In this document: in pieces, positions 14,601-30,239 of the stretch | Layout: every line of letters starts with the position of its first letter | Position numbering within the stretch: the first letter of the stretch is position 1 | Assembly: GCF_009914755.1 (NCBI RefSeq) | Contig: NC_060928.1 | Strand: one strand, 5' to 3' | Source of the DNA: the human T2T-CHM13v2.0 reference genome, Homo sapiens | DNA length: 64,000 nucleotides | The notes under the pieces: model-generated | Databases searched by the model: none | Told to the model about the DNA's origin: nothing | The model's input: only the letters and a program-made list of their open reading frames with translations | Made by a program: the position numbers and the translations under genes

Positions 14601-16431
14601 CTCTGATGTCCAATTGGTCAAATGTTGAGTTTAAGTTCTGAATTTCTTTGTTATTTTTCTTCCTCAATTTTTTTTGTGTCTAATTCTATCGGTAGGGTAT
14701 TGAATTCCCCTGCTATTATTGTATGACTGTGTATGTGTTTTCATAGGTTAAGAAAAACTTGTTTTATGATTCTGGGTGCTCCTATGTTGGATGCATACAT
14801 ATTTATGATAGTTAAGTCATCTTGTTGAATTGAACCCTTTATTATTGTTTAACGCCCTTCTTTGGTCTTCCTGATCGTTGTTGGTTTTTATAGCCTGTTT
14901 TATCTGGTATGAGAATGATGACTCCTGCTCTTTTATGTTTTTCCCTCTTTTTTGTTTCTCCATCCATTTACTTTAAGCCTGTGAGTGATGTTACATGTGA
15001 CATGGGTTTCTTGAAGACAGCAGACAGTTGGGTCATGTTTTTTATTCAGCTTGCCACTCTGTGCCTTTTAAGCTGGTGTTTAGACCACTTACATTCAACA
15101 TTAGTATTGATATGCAAGATTTTGATCCAGTCATTGTGTTGTAAGCTGGTTGTTTTGTAAACTTGATCATATAATTGTCTTATATTGTCTGTGTGCTATG
15201 TGCTTCTGTGTTTTTTTGTGGTAGCAGGTATCAATCTTTCATTTCTATGTTTAGCATTCCCTTAAAGACCCTTTTTAAGGCTGGTATAGTGGTAACAAAT
15301 TTCCTTAGTGTTTGCTTTTTTGATAATGTTTTAATTTATCCTTCCTTTATGAAGATTCATTTAGAAGAATATAAAATTCATGGTTGAAATTTTCTTTGAA
15401 GATGCTGAAAATAGGCCCCTAATCTCTTCTGGATTGTAAAGTTTCTGCTGAGATCTGCTGCTAACCTAATAGGGTTCCTTTTGTAAGTGACCTGAACTTT
15501 CTTTCTAGCTGCTTTTAAGACTTTTTGTGAGTGTTGACATTGGTGAATCTGATGACTGTGTGTTTTGGAGACATTTGCCTTCATAGTATCTCACAGGGGT
15601 TCTCTGTATTTCTTGAATTTGTATGTCTACTTCTCTAGCCATATTGGGAAAATTTTTATGGGCTGTATCCTCAACTATGTTTTCCAAGTTTCTTACTCTC
15701 TCTCCCTCTCTCCTTCTCTCTCAGGAATGCCAGTGAGTCATAGATTTGTGTCTTTATATAATCCTATATTCTTAGAGGTTTATTCATTTTTTAAAATTCT
15801 TTTTTAAAAATTTTTGTCTGAGTTAATTTCAAGAACTAGTCTTCAAGTCTGAGAATATTTTCTCATCATGGTCTATTTTTCTGTTAATGCTTATGACTAT
15901 ATTATGAAATCTTTGTAATAGTGAATTCTTCAATTCTAGAAGTTCAGTTTGGTTCTTTTTTTAATATGGCTGTTTTGTCTTTCAACTTTTGGATCTTTCT
16001 TACTGGGTTCCTTGTTTTCCTTGGATTGGGTTTCAACTTCCTCCAGGTTCTTGATGAGCTTTTTGACGTCCAGATTCTGAATTCTACATCTGTCATTTCA
16101 GTCATTTCAATCTATTTAAGAACCATTGCTGGGTTCTAGTGTGTTTGAAGGTAAAAAAACACACTGGCTTTTTAAATTGCCAGAATTCTTTCACTTATTA
16201 TTTCTCATCTGAGAGGGCTAGTGTTTCTTTAACTGTGATGTAGGTTGAGTGTAGTCAATTGGCTTCATTTCTGGATGCTTTCAAAAGGTCAAGGATCTAT
16301 AAAGGATCTCAATTTGTGGCTGAAGATTTCCTTAGGTTTTACAGGCACCTGTGTACTGGCAGAATATTTTTGGCATTGTAATTTGGACCGTGATACAGTA
16401 GGTGGTGCTTAAGAATGACAGCTGACAGATA

Positions 16432-16476
16432 GGCTCTTATTCAGCCACATGGCTCTTATTCAGCCACATGGCTCTT
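16432..16476. repeat. 19-bp tandem duplication (ggctcttattcagccacat, ~2.4 copies)
   Basis: Two exact copies plus a partial ggctctt, read directly. Confidence 0.95.
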
Positions 16477-16604
16477 CTGCATTTCAACATGTTCACTTAT
16501 GCTGTGTGATCAGGAAGAAAATGGATGACTGTCCCTCACCAGGTCTACTCTTAAGCTTTAAATTAGCCACCACTGATCACTGATAGCACATCCACATTTT
16601 CTTT

Positions 16605-16976
16605 TGTATTAGTTTGTTCTCACACTGCTAATAAAGACATACCCAAGATTGGGTAATTTATAAAGGAAAGAAGTTTAATTGACTCACAGTTGAGCATGGC
16701 TGTGGAGGCCTCAGGAAATTTACAGTCATGGCAGAAGGGGAAGCAAACAAGTCCTTCTTCACGTGGCAGCATCAAGGAGAAGTGCAGAGCAAAGGTGGGG
16801 AAATCCCCTCATATAACCACCAAATCTTGTGAGAACTCACTATCATGACAGCAGCATGGAGGTAACAGCCCCCATGATTCAATTACCTCCCACCGGGTAC
16901 CTCCCACAACATGTGGGTATTGTGGAAACTACAATTCAAGATGAGATTTGAGTGAGGACACAGCCAAACCATATCA
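16605..16976 (-). mobile_element. THE1 (C/D-like) MaLR solo LTR
   Basis: tgtattagtttgttctcacactgctaataaagacatacc ... gacacagccaaaccatatca; flanking cttt(t) TSD. Confidence 0.93.
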
Positions 16977-17332
16977 CTTTTTAATGTGTTCCAGGCCTCC
17001 AGGCTGTGGGACTCCCTCAGACAGTGGCCATGGATGGCTGACAGGACGCATTCTTCCCAGTCTGGCCCTGTGAAGGTAGGCATGCCCCATTCCTCCACCA
17101 GCCCAAGAACATGGGTATCTCAACCCTCTCAGTGTTCTGAGAATGGGGGCTACTCTTCTGCTCAGGGACTTCCCATGTTGGTAAGTCTTGCCTGATTAGG
17201 AGCAGTAGGGGTGGGAGGCCACACATCTCTGGATGTTTTCTAGGGGAACACAGCTGTGCCCACCTACAGATTTCAAGCGGGGGCAGGGTCACTGTGCTGG
17301 AAGCCCAAGCTCAACAGTCTAGCCTGGCTAGC

Positions 17333-18430
17333 TCATTGTTGTTTGGAACAGTCAATATTTGTTTGTATTTACAAACATTTCTAGCCATTTTATTCACTTT
17401 TATTCATTCTTCGGATGATTTTCTTTCTGCCTAAACACATTTAACATTTCCTTTACTGAATGACTTTACCGCCAATCCAATGGCAGCTATTGGTTTTGTT
17501 TTTTGTTTGTCTGAAAATATCTTCATGCTCTTTTAAAACATCAATTTCTGGGTATTGAATTTTAAGATTGCAAGGTTTTTATCAGAAATTTTAAGATTTC
17601 ATTTCATTGCCGTCTGGCTTCTGTTGATTCTGTTGAGCATTTGTCATATTATTACTTCAGTGAATGCAATGTGTCCTCTCTGGATTTTTTTTTTAAGATA
17701 TTGACTTTGGTTTTCAGCAGTTTTACTATAATATGACTGACTGTGGGTTTGCTTGTTTGTTTTTGCATTCATTCTGTTTGAGATTTGTAACTTTCTTATC
17801 TCTTATATTGAAGTGATATCTTTCAATAGTTTTATAAGGTTTTCAGCCATATATCTGCCAATATTGCCTATTTTAATCTTCTTCCTCTCTGATATTTCAA
17901 TTATATGTATATTAGAACTTGTCATTGTATCGCATTTGTATCTAATGCCTTTTTTCTGTTGTCCATCTATTTGTCTCTTCACATTTCAGTCTGTCTATTT
18001 TTCCTGACTTGTCTTCCAGTTCACTAATTTTCTCTTCAGTTATCTAACCTTCTAAAAGCATCTACTGAATTATTTCAGTTATTTTATCTTCAGTTCTATA
18101 ATTTTTATTTTATTGTCAATTATACGTTTTATGTCTCCTTAAAAAAAGTTCCATCTTGTTATATAATTACTTGAATGTAGTAAACATAGATATTTTTAAG
18201 TGTGTGTCTAATAAATTCTATCTATGCATCTCCCATGGATCTATTTCTCTTTCTCATTTTATTTTATTGATAGTTCCATGAAATAGTGTCTTCCCATATA
18301 CTAGTTTATATGTGATTGTTATGTATTGCATATAAATTTGTAGTAAAATAATTTTGTAAATTATATTACATTTCTCATAAGATTTACATATTTTTTTCTA
18401 TTTGATTGCTATATTGTGGGCATATATGCC
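17333..18430 (-). mobile_element. Ancient LINE-1 (L1ME-like) ORF1 region, probably continuing the 8200-10750 element
   Basis: Antisense ORF1-like motifs gtttgtctgaaaatatcttc, ctggcttctgttgattctgttgag, ttgtcttccagttcactaattttctcttcag. Confidence 0.65.
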
Positions 18431-19358
18431 TTTTTTTAAATGCAGTTGCTTATCATCATCCTCTGTAGCACATGACAACATACCTCTAGGAACCAAAATA
18501 TCTAATGCCCAGAAGTCAGTAAGGGGTTAATTGGACAATGAATGCATTCACCTTCAGGTATTACATACGTTTTATAGTTCAGAAATGAGTGTTACAGAAA
18601 TGGAAATAGACTATTTTTCTTTGTAAATATTATCACTTTTTACATCTTTATCTTGTACTCATTGACTCAGATGTCTACCTCTACCTTATTCATTCACTTC
18701 TTCCACTGACCCAGGGAGGAGAGAAGATCCTGGATTCACAGAACCTAAAAAAGAGAAGGAGAATATAAATAAAAAACTATAATAAATTAAAACATGCTCT
18801 GATAAGTGATGTTAAGAATGTTGTGGACTCTCTGCAAGATATTATTTGTGTCATGTGACAGAATTTATTAAATCAATTAAGTCCTAGATGGTGACATATA
18901 AATAACTTTGCCATTATTTGCGTGCTTAGAAGTATCCTCTGAACACAAAAGGGAAAACTGGGCAAAATAAGTGATCTAATATAATGTTTATCAAAATGCA
19001 GGATGCGTGGTTCCATAGTGTTATAATTAAATAATATTAAATCACAGACTGAAAGAGTTATTGCCTTTAATTTTTTTCAATACTGATCTCAAGAGAAAGT
19101 CCGAGGTATTGTTTTACTTGTTAATCTCTTCTCTTAAAGAAAGTGCAGATTCCCAGCTCTGAGCATTTGGCAGGCAACAGTATCTATCTAGAATTTAATA
19201 ACATTGTCCGTGTCTGTTGTTTTTTATTGCATTTGTTTGTATTGTTATATTTTATTTATTACAAGTGGTACAAGTTTTCTTTCTGTGTTAGTGATTTTTT
19301 TTTTACTTTTAAAGATAGTATGTTAGTTAAAAAGTGAATCAATACAAAATGTAAACTA

Positions 19359-19438
19359 TTAGATTGAAGCATATGAAATTCTCAATATTTACCCATTTTT
19401 GAACTACAAAAATGACAATATTACATGATGCAAACTAA
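19359..19438. mobile_element. MADE2 mariner-derived MITE (80 bp)
   Basis: ttagattgaagcatatgaaatt...tttttgaactacaaaaatgacaatattacatgatgcaaactaa matches the MADE2 pattern with terminal inverted repeats; TA at left. Confidence 0.85.
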
Positions 19439-22049
19439 TTGTAATAATATAGGTGGGGTGTGATAAGGGAACTTTTGTGATGATGTAGAAGAATGGCTGA
19501 AATCTGGGAATACTTATAATATAATGGGTAGCTTTTACAGGCACTCCTATGGGTAACACTGACTAAAAGAGCTTTTTCTTTTGTCCTCTCCTTATGTGTG
19601 CAAATCCTTTTATTTTAACAAGAAGAGTGAGAACTGACTTTGATTTCAGCCTTCAAGCCAGCAATGACCCATATACTGTCATTCTCTAATCTGGTATATT
19701 AATTCACCAGATATTGAAAAGAACTAGCAAAATGAGAGGTTGAACACTATGCCATGGGCCATGAGCCCAAATATGACTTCAACATCTAATTGGCTTGTAT
19801 ATCTAAAAGTTTGAGATTATTTAGAGAAAGCTACTTTATAATACAAAAAAGGCATAATAGTCTAATTAAAACCACAATGTGAACTGAGCAAAGACCAGCG
19901 GGGGAAAGAGAGTGGGGGGAGTTGTTAGCGAAGTTGATCCTCATCAATTACCAAGCTTCTACAGACAAAAGCCCTATTTCTATTATAATTCAGCTGTTTG
20001 GTCTTATTGCTAGATGAGTTATATCAAGAAGTTGTAGAAGGAAATTGCTCACAACCAAAGGGCTTGTACAGAATACAAATGAAAAAAATTCAGAGCTATC
20101 AATATATAATCTCTGAAAGTGAGATTTCAAAGCTAAAAATCAGAAAGTTATGAAATGAAAAAGCAAATTATAAATGCATTCCAAGAATGTGAGAAAATGA
20201 AAATGGAAGAGAACTTGAGGGAAAGCTTCTTAAGAGGGGAAAAAAATTAATTCCTCTATCACTAGTTTATCTTTTCTTGGTTAGAGAATTCACCCAGCCC
20301 TTTCCCGTGGCCGTGAAAATTGATGCAGTGCTACATATACATTTAAAATGTAAAATGAAGGAAGAAAATAAATAAGTGAGGCCACAATTTCCAAACCAAG
20401 AGAAAGAGAAAATGGAACATCATAAAACTATAGAAGCAAAGAGGAAAATCAATAAAATTCAATGCAGCACATCTTCCCGCTCACTTCTGAGCATGCAAGG
20501 TCTGCTCATCTGGAATGCACCAGGTGTACGGTATGTGCTATAAATCTTTCAAGTCTTCAGAAATATGATCTACCATTAGAAGCACTAAAAAATACCAGTT
20601 GGCTTCACTAATTGTGGTTTTTGCTTTCATCCAGACTTGGGTATTGAGCAGCATCCTGGGTACTTTGTGTCCATGTTAGTCAGAGAGGAGGTAGAGAGAT
20701 ACTAAGGATGGTGTTCTTACCATAAATTGCTGGCTCTCACTCTCTCAATCCGAAGTCAGAGAATATGAGAATGGAGAGTCTCTTTTACTCCTCCTCCATG
20801 TGCAGCAATCTCATTCCTATATCAGGATATTAAGATCTCACCACTTCATTCTATCCCTGTGATTGACTGTTTTAATGATTTCAAAATTGGCTTCCCGTGA
20901 AAATAATCTGAGAAGTCTTTATTCATGCAAATTTTTGAGCCTCACCTTCATCGCCTTCCCCCAAAAGTGATACTGCCTTGGAATTTCCATAAATCTTCAT
21001 TTATTAAAAATTCAGTATTCTGATATAGCCAGTCATAGAAACACATTTGCGTATCGTTGTGGAAAATTCTTCATTCCTCCCTTTAATCCTTATAATGAGC
21101 AAGATTTATACCATCCTGCTCTACCTTTGAAGAAGAGAATCTCTATAAAATCCTTCCCTGTCCTCCCAAAGTTGTGAAAATATCCCCACCTTAATTAATC
21201 TTACCTCCTCCACATATGTTCTTCAAGTATCTCATCTATTTTCTTTTAGTCTCTTATTAAATTCTGGTGTCTTATGTCCATTAAGTTCCAACATAAATGC
21301 TGCACGACGTAAAATGATTCTGAAGGCTGGCTAGCCTTTACTGGCATCACATTTCTCCCAGCTTGAATTTATTTCTCGAAAGCTGGAAACATATTTTTAC
21401 TATTGAGCCTCATAGTCTGACAAAAAAAAAAAAAGACGTAAAAAAAAAAATCTTAGCCATTGAGCATTATGAAAAAAGCAAACTGCACTATTCCACATTT
21501 CCCAAGTGGCTCATTAAAAGCACTTCCTCATGTTACTTAAAGCATTACAGAGAATTCCAATAAAGTTCCAGTGTTTGGATCAACATTCTAGCAGAGTTCA
21601 CTGCACGGCTCCTGGTGGCTGGGATCTTGCCTAAGAAAGACTATTTAGTGGTGTGCTTTATTGTATGGCCTAGAATGAGGGTGCTAAGTCTTGCCCAGTT
21701 GTTATTTCATGGCTTCTTACCACTACACCCTATCTTATGGATATATTTTGATGGATTCAGGATGTCAGGCCATAGTTTTACTACATGCCACAATATTTGA
21801 ATTTCTTGGCTAGATAGAAAGTGGCACAAACAAGTCAGGTGGCCTAGACACACCTCTCCTAGTAGTAAATTATGTGATAATATAGGCTATCTATCTCTCA
21901 GGTCTTCAATATATTTAGCTATCAATAGATGGCATGGGTCAAGACAAATAGCCTTCAAGCTTTTTTTCAGGCATATCAAACAATATAACAAACTCTTCTA
22001 AAATAGAACATTAACAAAACCAGTAGCAAACTCTTTAATATTAAAAATC

Positions 22050-23300
22050 CTTTCTCCCCCAACAGAATGGTAGCACAGGTAAACATAACCTATCCTGAAT
22101 TACTGTATATCATTCTCTTGTTCATCTTTAGAATTTTAAAGTGTTTGTAGCCTTAAACATAGATATTCTTAGTTTTTATGTATGGTTCATATTCAGTCTC
22201 ATAAAATATATTCTTCAGTGACTCGTTTGTGTTCATTATTATTCTCTTATATATACACCAAAATATATATGTTATTTCTTATGTTGTGAGATATTTGTGT
22301 TAGAACCAGCTACTTCTATTAAAATTTTATATACCTATCTTAGTGGCCATGTGTGTGAACTTTTAAAAAGTATAAAGAAATAATGTTGGATCTTAGGATA
22401 TACTCATCTTCAACTTTACCAGGCCATTTCAAATCACTTTTAAAATTAGCCATATCAATCCATACTCCAAATAGCTCTGTATGAAAATTCCTGTTGTTCC
22501 AAGTATTATCAATACTTATTATTCCTGTTTTTTTTTTAATTTTTATCTTGCTTTCACTAGCAGCAACAATTAGACAGAGTTTGATGGCAAAAGAAGACTC
22601 ACAAAATCCAAAGTCACAATGCTTACAAATTTATGTTTTATTGTAGAATAGTAATAACAAAATAATAACAAAGTAAGGATATGTATCAATGACAAAGACT
22701 GCCTCATGGCAAGAGGTGAGAAATGATAAGCATGAGTTCCAGTTGTCTTCTCTTGTAAAGGCCACACTGAATACATCCTTTTTTTCTTAAGGTCAACTAA
22801 CATGTGCACAGCACACCTCAGAAACAGAAAGTGCAATACAGAGTTTTATCCCAGTGTTTTACCGTCTTGATTACATAAGCACATTTTTTTTTCTACATAA
22901 CCAGTCTCAAAGGCACATCTTTCTTGGAGGGTCTCATCAAAACCAAATGAAAATAATCAATGCTCTTGTTGTTAATAAACAAATAGTGACAAGCTGATAC
23001 AAATAAGCCCAAACTCTTCAAACTCATAATTATAAAACACCACTATTAATCAGTATGTTTTCTTCCTTGTCTGGGAATCAGCTCAGGACAATTCCAGGCC
23101 TTTATACATCACTATTCTAGTAATGTGCTATTAATAACTAGTAGACACATTCATACATTTATTGGCTGGTTGAAATTTCTCTTCTATGAAATTCCTGTTC
23201 ATACCTTTTGATCTTTTTTTTTCTCTTCAGTTTTTTTTATTTTTAGTGTTAATTTTTAGGAGTCATTTACATATTTTGGATACTAATTCTTTACTAAAAT
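22050..23300 (-). mobile_element. Ancient L1ME 3' fragments flanking an LTR
   Basis: Degenerate antisense L1 3' motifs (tgtatgaaaattcctgttgttcc; tgaaattcctgttcatacctttt; tttaggagtcatttacatattttggatactaatt). Confidence 0.55.
22555..23120 (-). mobile_element. ERVL-class LTR, MER21/MER68/MER77-like
   Basis: aagactcacaaaatcc...tttatgttttattg...aaggatatg...catgagttccagttgtcttctc...gccacactga follows the MER21-group LTR layout; subfamily and orientation uncertain. Confidence 0.5.
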
Positions 23301-23899
23301 CTGCTCTTTCCTCTTCAAATTCAATTTGTCATTTATTCATAATCTCATTTCATCATTCATAGTTTTACCTGTCTTTTGTACTTTTGCTCTATGTGTCTGT
23401 ATTGTATTTCAAATGTTTACTTGAACTCATTTTCTTATTAATTCTTTTTAAAGATATGTTTAATTAATTGTTTAACTGAACTAGTTAACTATTGCTATGT
23501 AAAACATTACAAAATCCAATAGCTTAAATCAATGATGATTTACTGTCATCCACAAGTCTATGGTATATCTGGAGATTTGTTGATGTTGGTCGGGCTCAAC
23601 TAGAAAGTGCTGATCTGAGGTATCATGCGGATAAGTTGGGGGTTGGTAAGTCTAGTCTTGGCAGCTCAATTGAGGTGACTCTGCTCCATGGGGTTCTCCT
23701 GACATGCTTTTCTCATGATGATGGCAGAAACATAAGAGAGCCAATGAAAACATGCAAAAGAAACCTCTGAAGGCCTGAGTTCAAAAGTGGCACTCATTAC
23801 ATCTACTTCACTATATTGGCCATAGTAATCACTATGGCTGAAATCAAAGTTAAGATACAGGGGAGTATACTACAGTTTGACTGGAGGCTCTACTAAGTC

Positions 23900-26317
<2,418 letters not shown>

Positions 26318-26347
26318 TCAATTCAATCTACCATATTCATACAGAGT

Positions 26348-26709
26348 TGTGATGATATTTGAAGTATCAATTTGGCTGGGCAAATATGGTGCCCAGATAT
26401 TTGGTCACGCATTATTTTGCATATTCTGTGAGGGTGTTTTTCAATGATAGTAACATTTAAGTCAGTGAATTTTGAGTAAAGCACATTGCCTACCACAATG
26501 AAGATGAGTTTCATCCAATCAATTAAAGATCTGAATTAGAAAAAAGTCTTGGTCATCTTCCCTGGACTCCAGCCTGCTGACTCACTGTATGGATCTTTGA
26601 TTTGACAGCCTCCATAATCACAGGAGTCAATTTCTTCCAATAAATCTCCATGTTTCGATACATATATATGCTATTGGTTCTGTTTCTCAGAAGAACCTTG
26701 ACTAATACA
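26348..26709 (+). mobile_element. MLT2 (C-like) ERVL solo LTR, internally deleted
   Basis: tgtgatg...gcccagatatttggtca...tgagtaaagcacattg...ctattggttctgtttctcagaagaaccttgactaataca. Confidence 0.85.
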
Positions 26710-27039
26710 TGAGACTTACATTTCCATTTATTTTATTCTTCTTTGTAGAATTATTTTTGGTCATTTTTTCAAAATCTGCTTAAAATCAGTTTGGTTGTTC
26801 ATCTCTTTAAGTATATAATATGTATTTAATTCATTTAGATATATTTAAAATTAAATATGTTTTATACATTTAACGATGTTTAACATTTAAATATATTTCA
26901 TATGTGTCACCATTAAATATATTTATAATTGTGTACTTAAATATGTGTTTAAATATATTTAGCATTCATTATGCTAAATTCCAAAATCTGAAGTCTTTGA
27001 TTCTATAGATTTTTTTTGTGTTTATCTTCATTCTGCCTC

Positions 27040-28419
27040 ATTTTTTTTCTCTGTCTTGTTTGAAGATATTTTCTATCTTTGATTTACAACTGTTTGAATA
27101 GAATATACCTAGGTACAGACATTTTAGGTAGAAAATATATATCCTTCTTGGTGCTTTCAGAGCTTCCAGGAGCTTTGTGATTTAGTATCTATGTTAATTT
27201 TGGAAAATTCTAAGACATTATTACATCAAAAATCTCTTTTTTTCTTTCCCTCTTCTTTTGGTATTTTAATTACACACACTTATACATTCTGTAATTGTTC
27301 CACAGTTTTTAGGTATTACTTTGCATTTTAAAATCATTTTTTTCTTTGCATTAGAGTGTTAGAGGTTTCTACAGAACTCTGTTTTTGATTTCTAGGATTT
27401 TCTTCAGACTCGTTCTTAGTGTTTCCATCTATTTATTGCATGTTGCTCATTTTTTTCCTGTTGCAATTTTTAGCACATTAATTATAACGATTTTAATTTC
27501 CTGGTCTAGTAATTCCAAAATCTCTGCTACACTTAAGTGTGGTTTTGATGTTCACTTGGTTTTTTTTTAGACTGTGTTTTCAGCCTTTACAATCCTTGTA
27601 AATTTTTTTGTTAAAAGCTAGCTGTGACATATCACATAAAATAAATTGAATAAACAGGTCTTTATGTGAGGTTTTATGTTTACTTGACTAGGAGTTAGGC
27701 TGTCTTTACTATTTTACTGTGGCTATAGCTATCAGAAAGTAAAATTTCCTCAAATGCTCTTATTTTTGTCTCCTGTCATCCTTGGGTTTCCCAAGAGGCT
27801 CCTCCTTAAATAGGATCTGAGGCTTCTAGTTTTTTCAGTTGCAACCCACTTTTACTATACAGGAGCCTGATTGACATGGTGGTAAGGCATGAGGGGGAAG
27901 GGAAGCATTCTGGGATGCTATGATTAGGTCTTAGTCTTTTGGTTAGCCTGTGCCCTTGGCTATGACCCATAAAAGTGCTTCTTACCTTTTTTTTCTTCTC
28001 TCTCTTAGGTGAAACAGGAATGCTAGAGAGAGCCCAAAATCAGTTAAGCTGTGGTAAAACCCAAATTTGTTAGGTTTGTTTGACAAAACAGCTTCTTTTC
28101 GGGATTGAGGGCAATCTTTTGTTAAGGAGAATAGAATGCTCTAGACATATTTCACAATGGTTATTTTTTTTTCCCTCTGAAGTATGATGAGAATTTTCTC
28201 CAATCTTCACCTTGATAACTTAGTAGGTGTTTTGAAGGTAGAACTGACAAAAGTATAGGGGCCTTCCGAAGACTAGACTCCTGGAGCTTTTAATATCCAA
28301 GCTAGTTCACACTGGCCTCTACAATCAATTACAATTTAAGTGTTCATATGAGTACTGGCTTTAGCAAAGGCTGTCTGTTTTGGGCACCTGTTGTAGGTAC
28401 ACAGAAGGTTATGTGATTT

Positions 28420-28420
<1 letters not shown>
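27040..28420 (-). mobile_element. Old LINE-1 (L1MC/L1MD-like) ORF1 and 5' region
   Basis: aattttggaaaattctaagacattattacatcaaa, ttttaatttcctggtctagtaattccaaaatctctgc; purine-richer 5' segment. Confidence 0.6.

Positions 28421-28451
<31 letters not shown>
28421..28451. repeat. (GT)15 microsatellite
   Basis: Read directly. Confidence 0.98.
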
Positions 28452-28452
<1 letters not shown>

Positions 28453-28600
28453 TGAGAACAGGAGTAATGACTTTCCAAGCTCTTCATGTTACCCCAGAAA
28501 CCACACACCTTATTTCTTTATGAGCCTCTTTATTTCTTCTGTAGATTTGTGTTCCTTTGGTGTTAGCTATTGAATTCTACAACATCTGGGTCCAGAATGC

Positions 28601-28661
<61 letters not shown>

Positions 28662-28680
28662 GTATATGTATATATATATA
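28601..28680. repeat. Compound (AT)6(GT)24..(TA)n microsatellite
   Basis: Read directly. Confidence 0.98.
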
Positions 28681-28703
28681 GACATACAGAAACATATAGA
28701 AAT

Positions 28704-28908
28704 ATGTTGAATTCTTAAAAGGCTCATTTTAAGGGTTCATTTCTTAAAAGAGGACTGTCATTTGCTTCTGCTAGACATTTAAAGGAACTCTAGTTCAGAA
28801 ATATTTTACATAATTTCTTAATTTAGAATTTCTAAGTAATGCAGATCCTCTTTCCAACTGGTGTGATGGTTAATACGTAGTTAAGAACTTTTAGAGAAAA
28901 TTGTAAAG
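28704..28908 (+). repeat. 205-bp direct repeat, copy A (probable donor)
   Basis: Aligns without gaps to 30405-30609 with 8 substitutions by manual comparison. Confidence 0.97.
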
Positions 28909-28971
28909 TTTTATCTTACCTAAGATCTAAGGCTGGAATTGACAAGTTTCTTTGATTTATTTATTCACACA

Positions 28972-29026
28972 GTGTGTGTGTGTGTGGGCGTGTGTGTGTG
29001 TGTGTGTGCGCGCGCGCGCATGTGTA
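28972..29026. repeat. (GT)n(GC)6 alternating purine-pyrimidine tract
   Basis: gtgtg...gtgtgcgcgcgcgcgcatgtgta read directly. Confidence 0.95.
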
Positions 29027-29499
29027 TTTCTTACTCAGCATTTCACTCAGGGAGTATCTTTTTTGGGAATTCCAGCTTTTCAAATGTGCCTTTTGTGATT
29101 CTGCATCTTTCTATAGGTCCAAGATCTTTTCTTCTTCCCCACACAGCTGTTAAAAGAACAGCTCTAGCTTACCAGGAATTCATGAGTGCTTTTAAGAAAT
29201 CTTCCATTTTAGTATACTCTATTTCTGATCCCACTTTGTTTCTGTCCCTTGTAAACTTTCCTTGTTTTCTAAAGTACTGAGATATATATTTAAACATTTT
29301 AAAAATTCCCATATTTGTAAAAGAAAAGTTCCCAGTGGATCTAGTCCACCATATTGCTAAGCAGTCTAGTTCAGCCTTTATTTATCTCATATAATAGGAT
29401 TTTTAAATAATATATTTTAAATTAAACTTTCCATGGCTACAAAAATATTTTAAATCATTAAATAAGAAATTCTCCAAGAGCATTGCCTCATCTAAAATC

Positions 29500-29790
29500 A
29501 GCATTGTGGTTAAGACTTTGAGCTTAGGAGCCAGACTAACTGATTTTGGTTTCTAGCTCTTCTAATGATTGCCTGGGCGACCTCATGCTATTTACTGAAG
29601 GTTAGTAACTGTGCTTCATTTTCTTCATCTGTAAAATGAGAATACTATATACTAGCATCTATTCCATAGGGTCAGTATAAGTATTAAATGAGCCAATATA
29701 AATAAAAACATCTAAAATTGTGACTTCCACATAGCAAGCATTTAGTAAACCTCAACATTTACTATTATTTTTATTGTTACTTATTATTGC
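29500..29790 (+). mobile_element. MIR SINE, near full length
   Basis: agcattgtggttaagac...gagccagact...ctgtgcttcattttcttcatctgtaaaatgagaata...cacatagcaagcatttagtaaa. Confidence 0.85.
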
Positions 29791-30239
29791 TGTTGTTGTA
29801 GTGTCATCTCTTTGAAACATACTGCTGGGCTGAAGTCATTACTTATAGATAGGCTGGCCCCTCACAAGACACCTGGAAATAGGCCTTTTTGGCACAAAAC
29901 AAATGAACACATTACTTTTGGGTGTAGATGTACATACAGTTATACAACCCTGCTTTGTTCAAATCTGGTGTTTCTCCTTCATCCAGGAACAGGACTGGGT
30001 ATTTCTTAGAGAAGTGAGGTTTTCCAGCTGCCCAGAGACCAAATTGTTGTACTGGTATTTCCTAGTTTAATTTCTTTATAGCCCTAGGCAACAAAATGGA
30101 AGATTTCCATGTACAATCAGTGACGTGGAACAGGGAGGCCACTTCCACACCTACCTAGACTTGCACTTCCACCTTTATCTACCATCACATAACTGAGGAC
30201 CAACAACTACCTATGTATTTTCACATTCTGCTACTCACC

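Larger units (their letters stand above)
10760..17332 (-). mobile_element. Near full-length LINE-1, L1PA15/16-like, interrupted by MSTA and THE1 LTRs
   Basis: T-rich tail, then 3'UTR ttagattcagggagtacatg...cacccaggtactgagcatag; ORF2 peptides (11778-11966 NNRCWQGCGEKEMLIHCWW; 12867-13169 FADDMILYIE); ORF1 peptides (15378-15687 NFPNMAREVDIQIQEIQRTP, YKRNPIRLAADL); GC-richer 5'UTR to ~17330. Confidence 0.9.
28700..29362 (-). mobile_element. HAL1/ancient L1ME-like 5' region
   Basis: tttgcttctgctagacattt motif and terminal atctagtccaccatattgc resembling an antisense L1/HAL1 5' end. Confidence 0.4.

Noticed and set aside
21422-21450. A13-gacgt-A11 run as a retrocopy tail
   Set aside because: No recognisable upstream element, polyadenylation signal or TSD.
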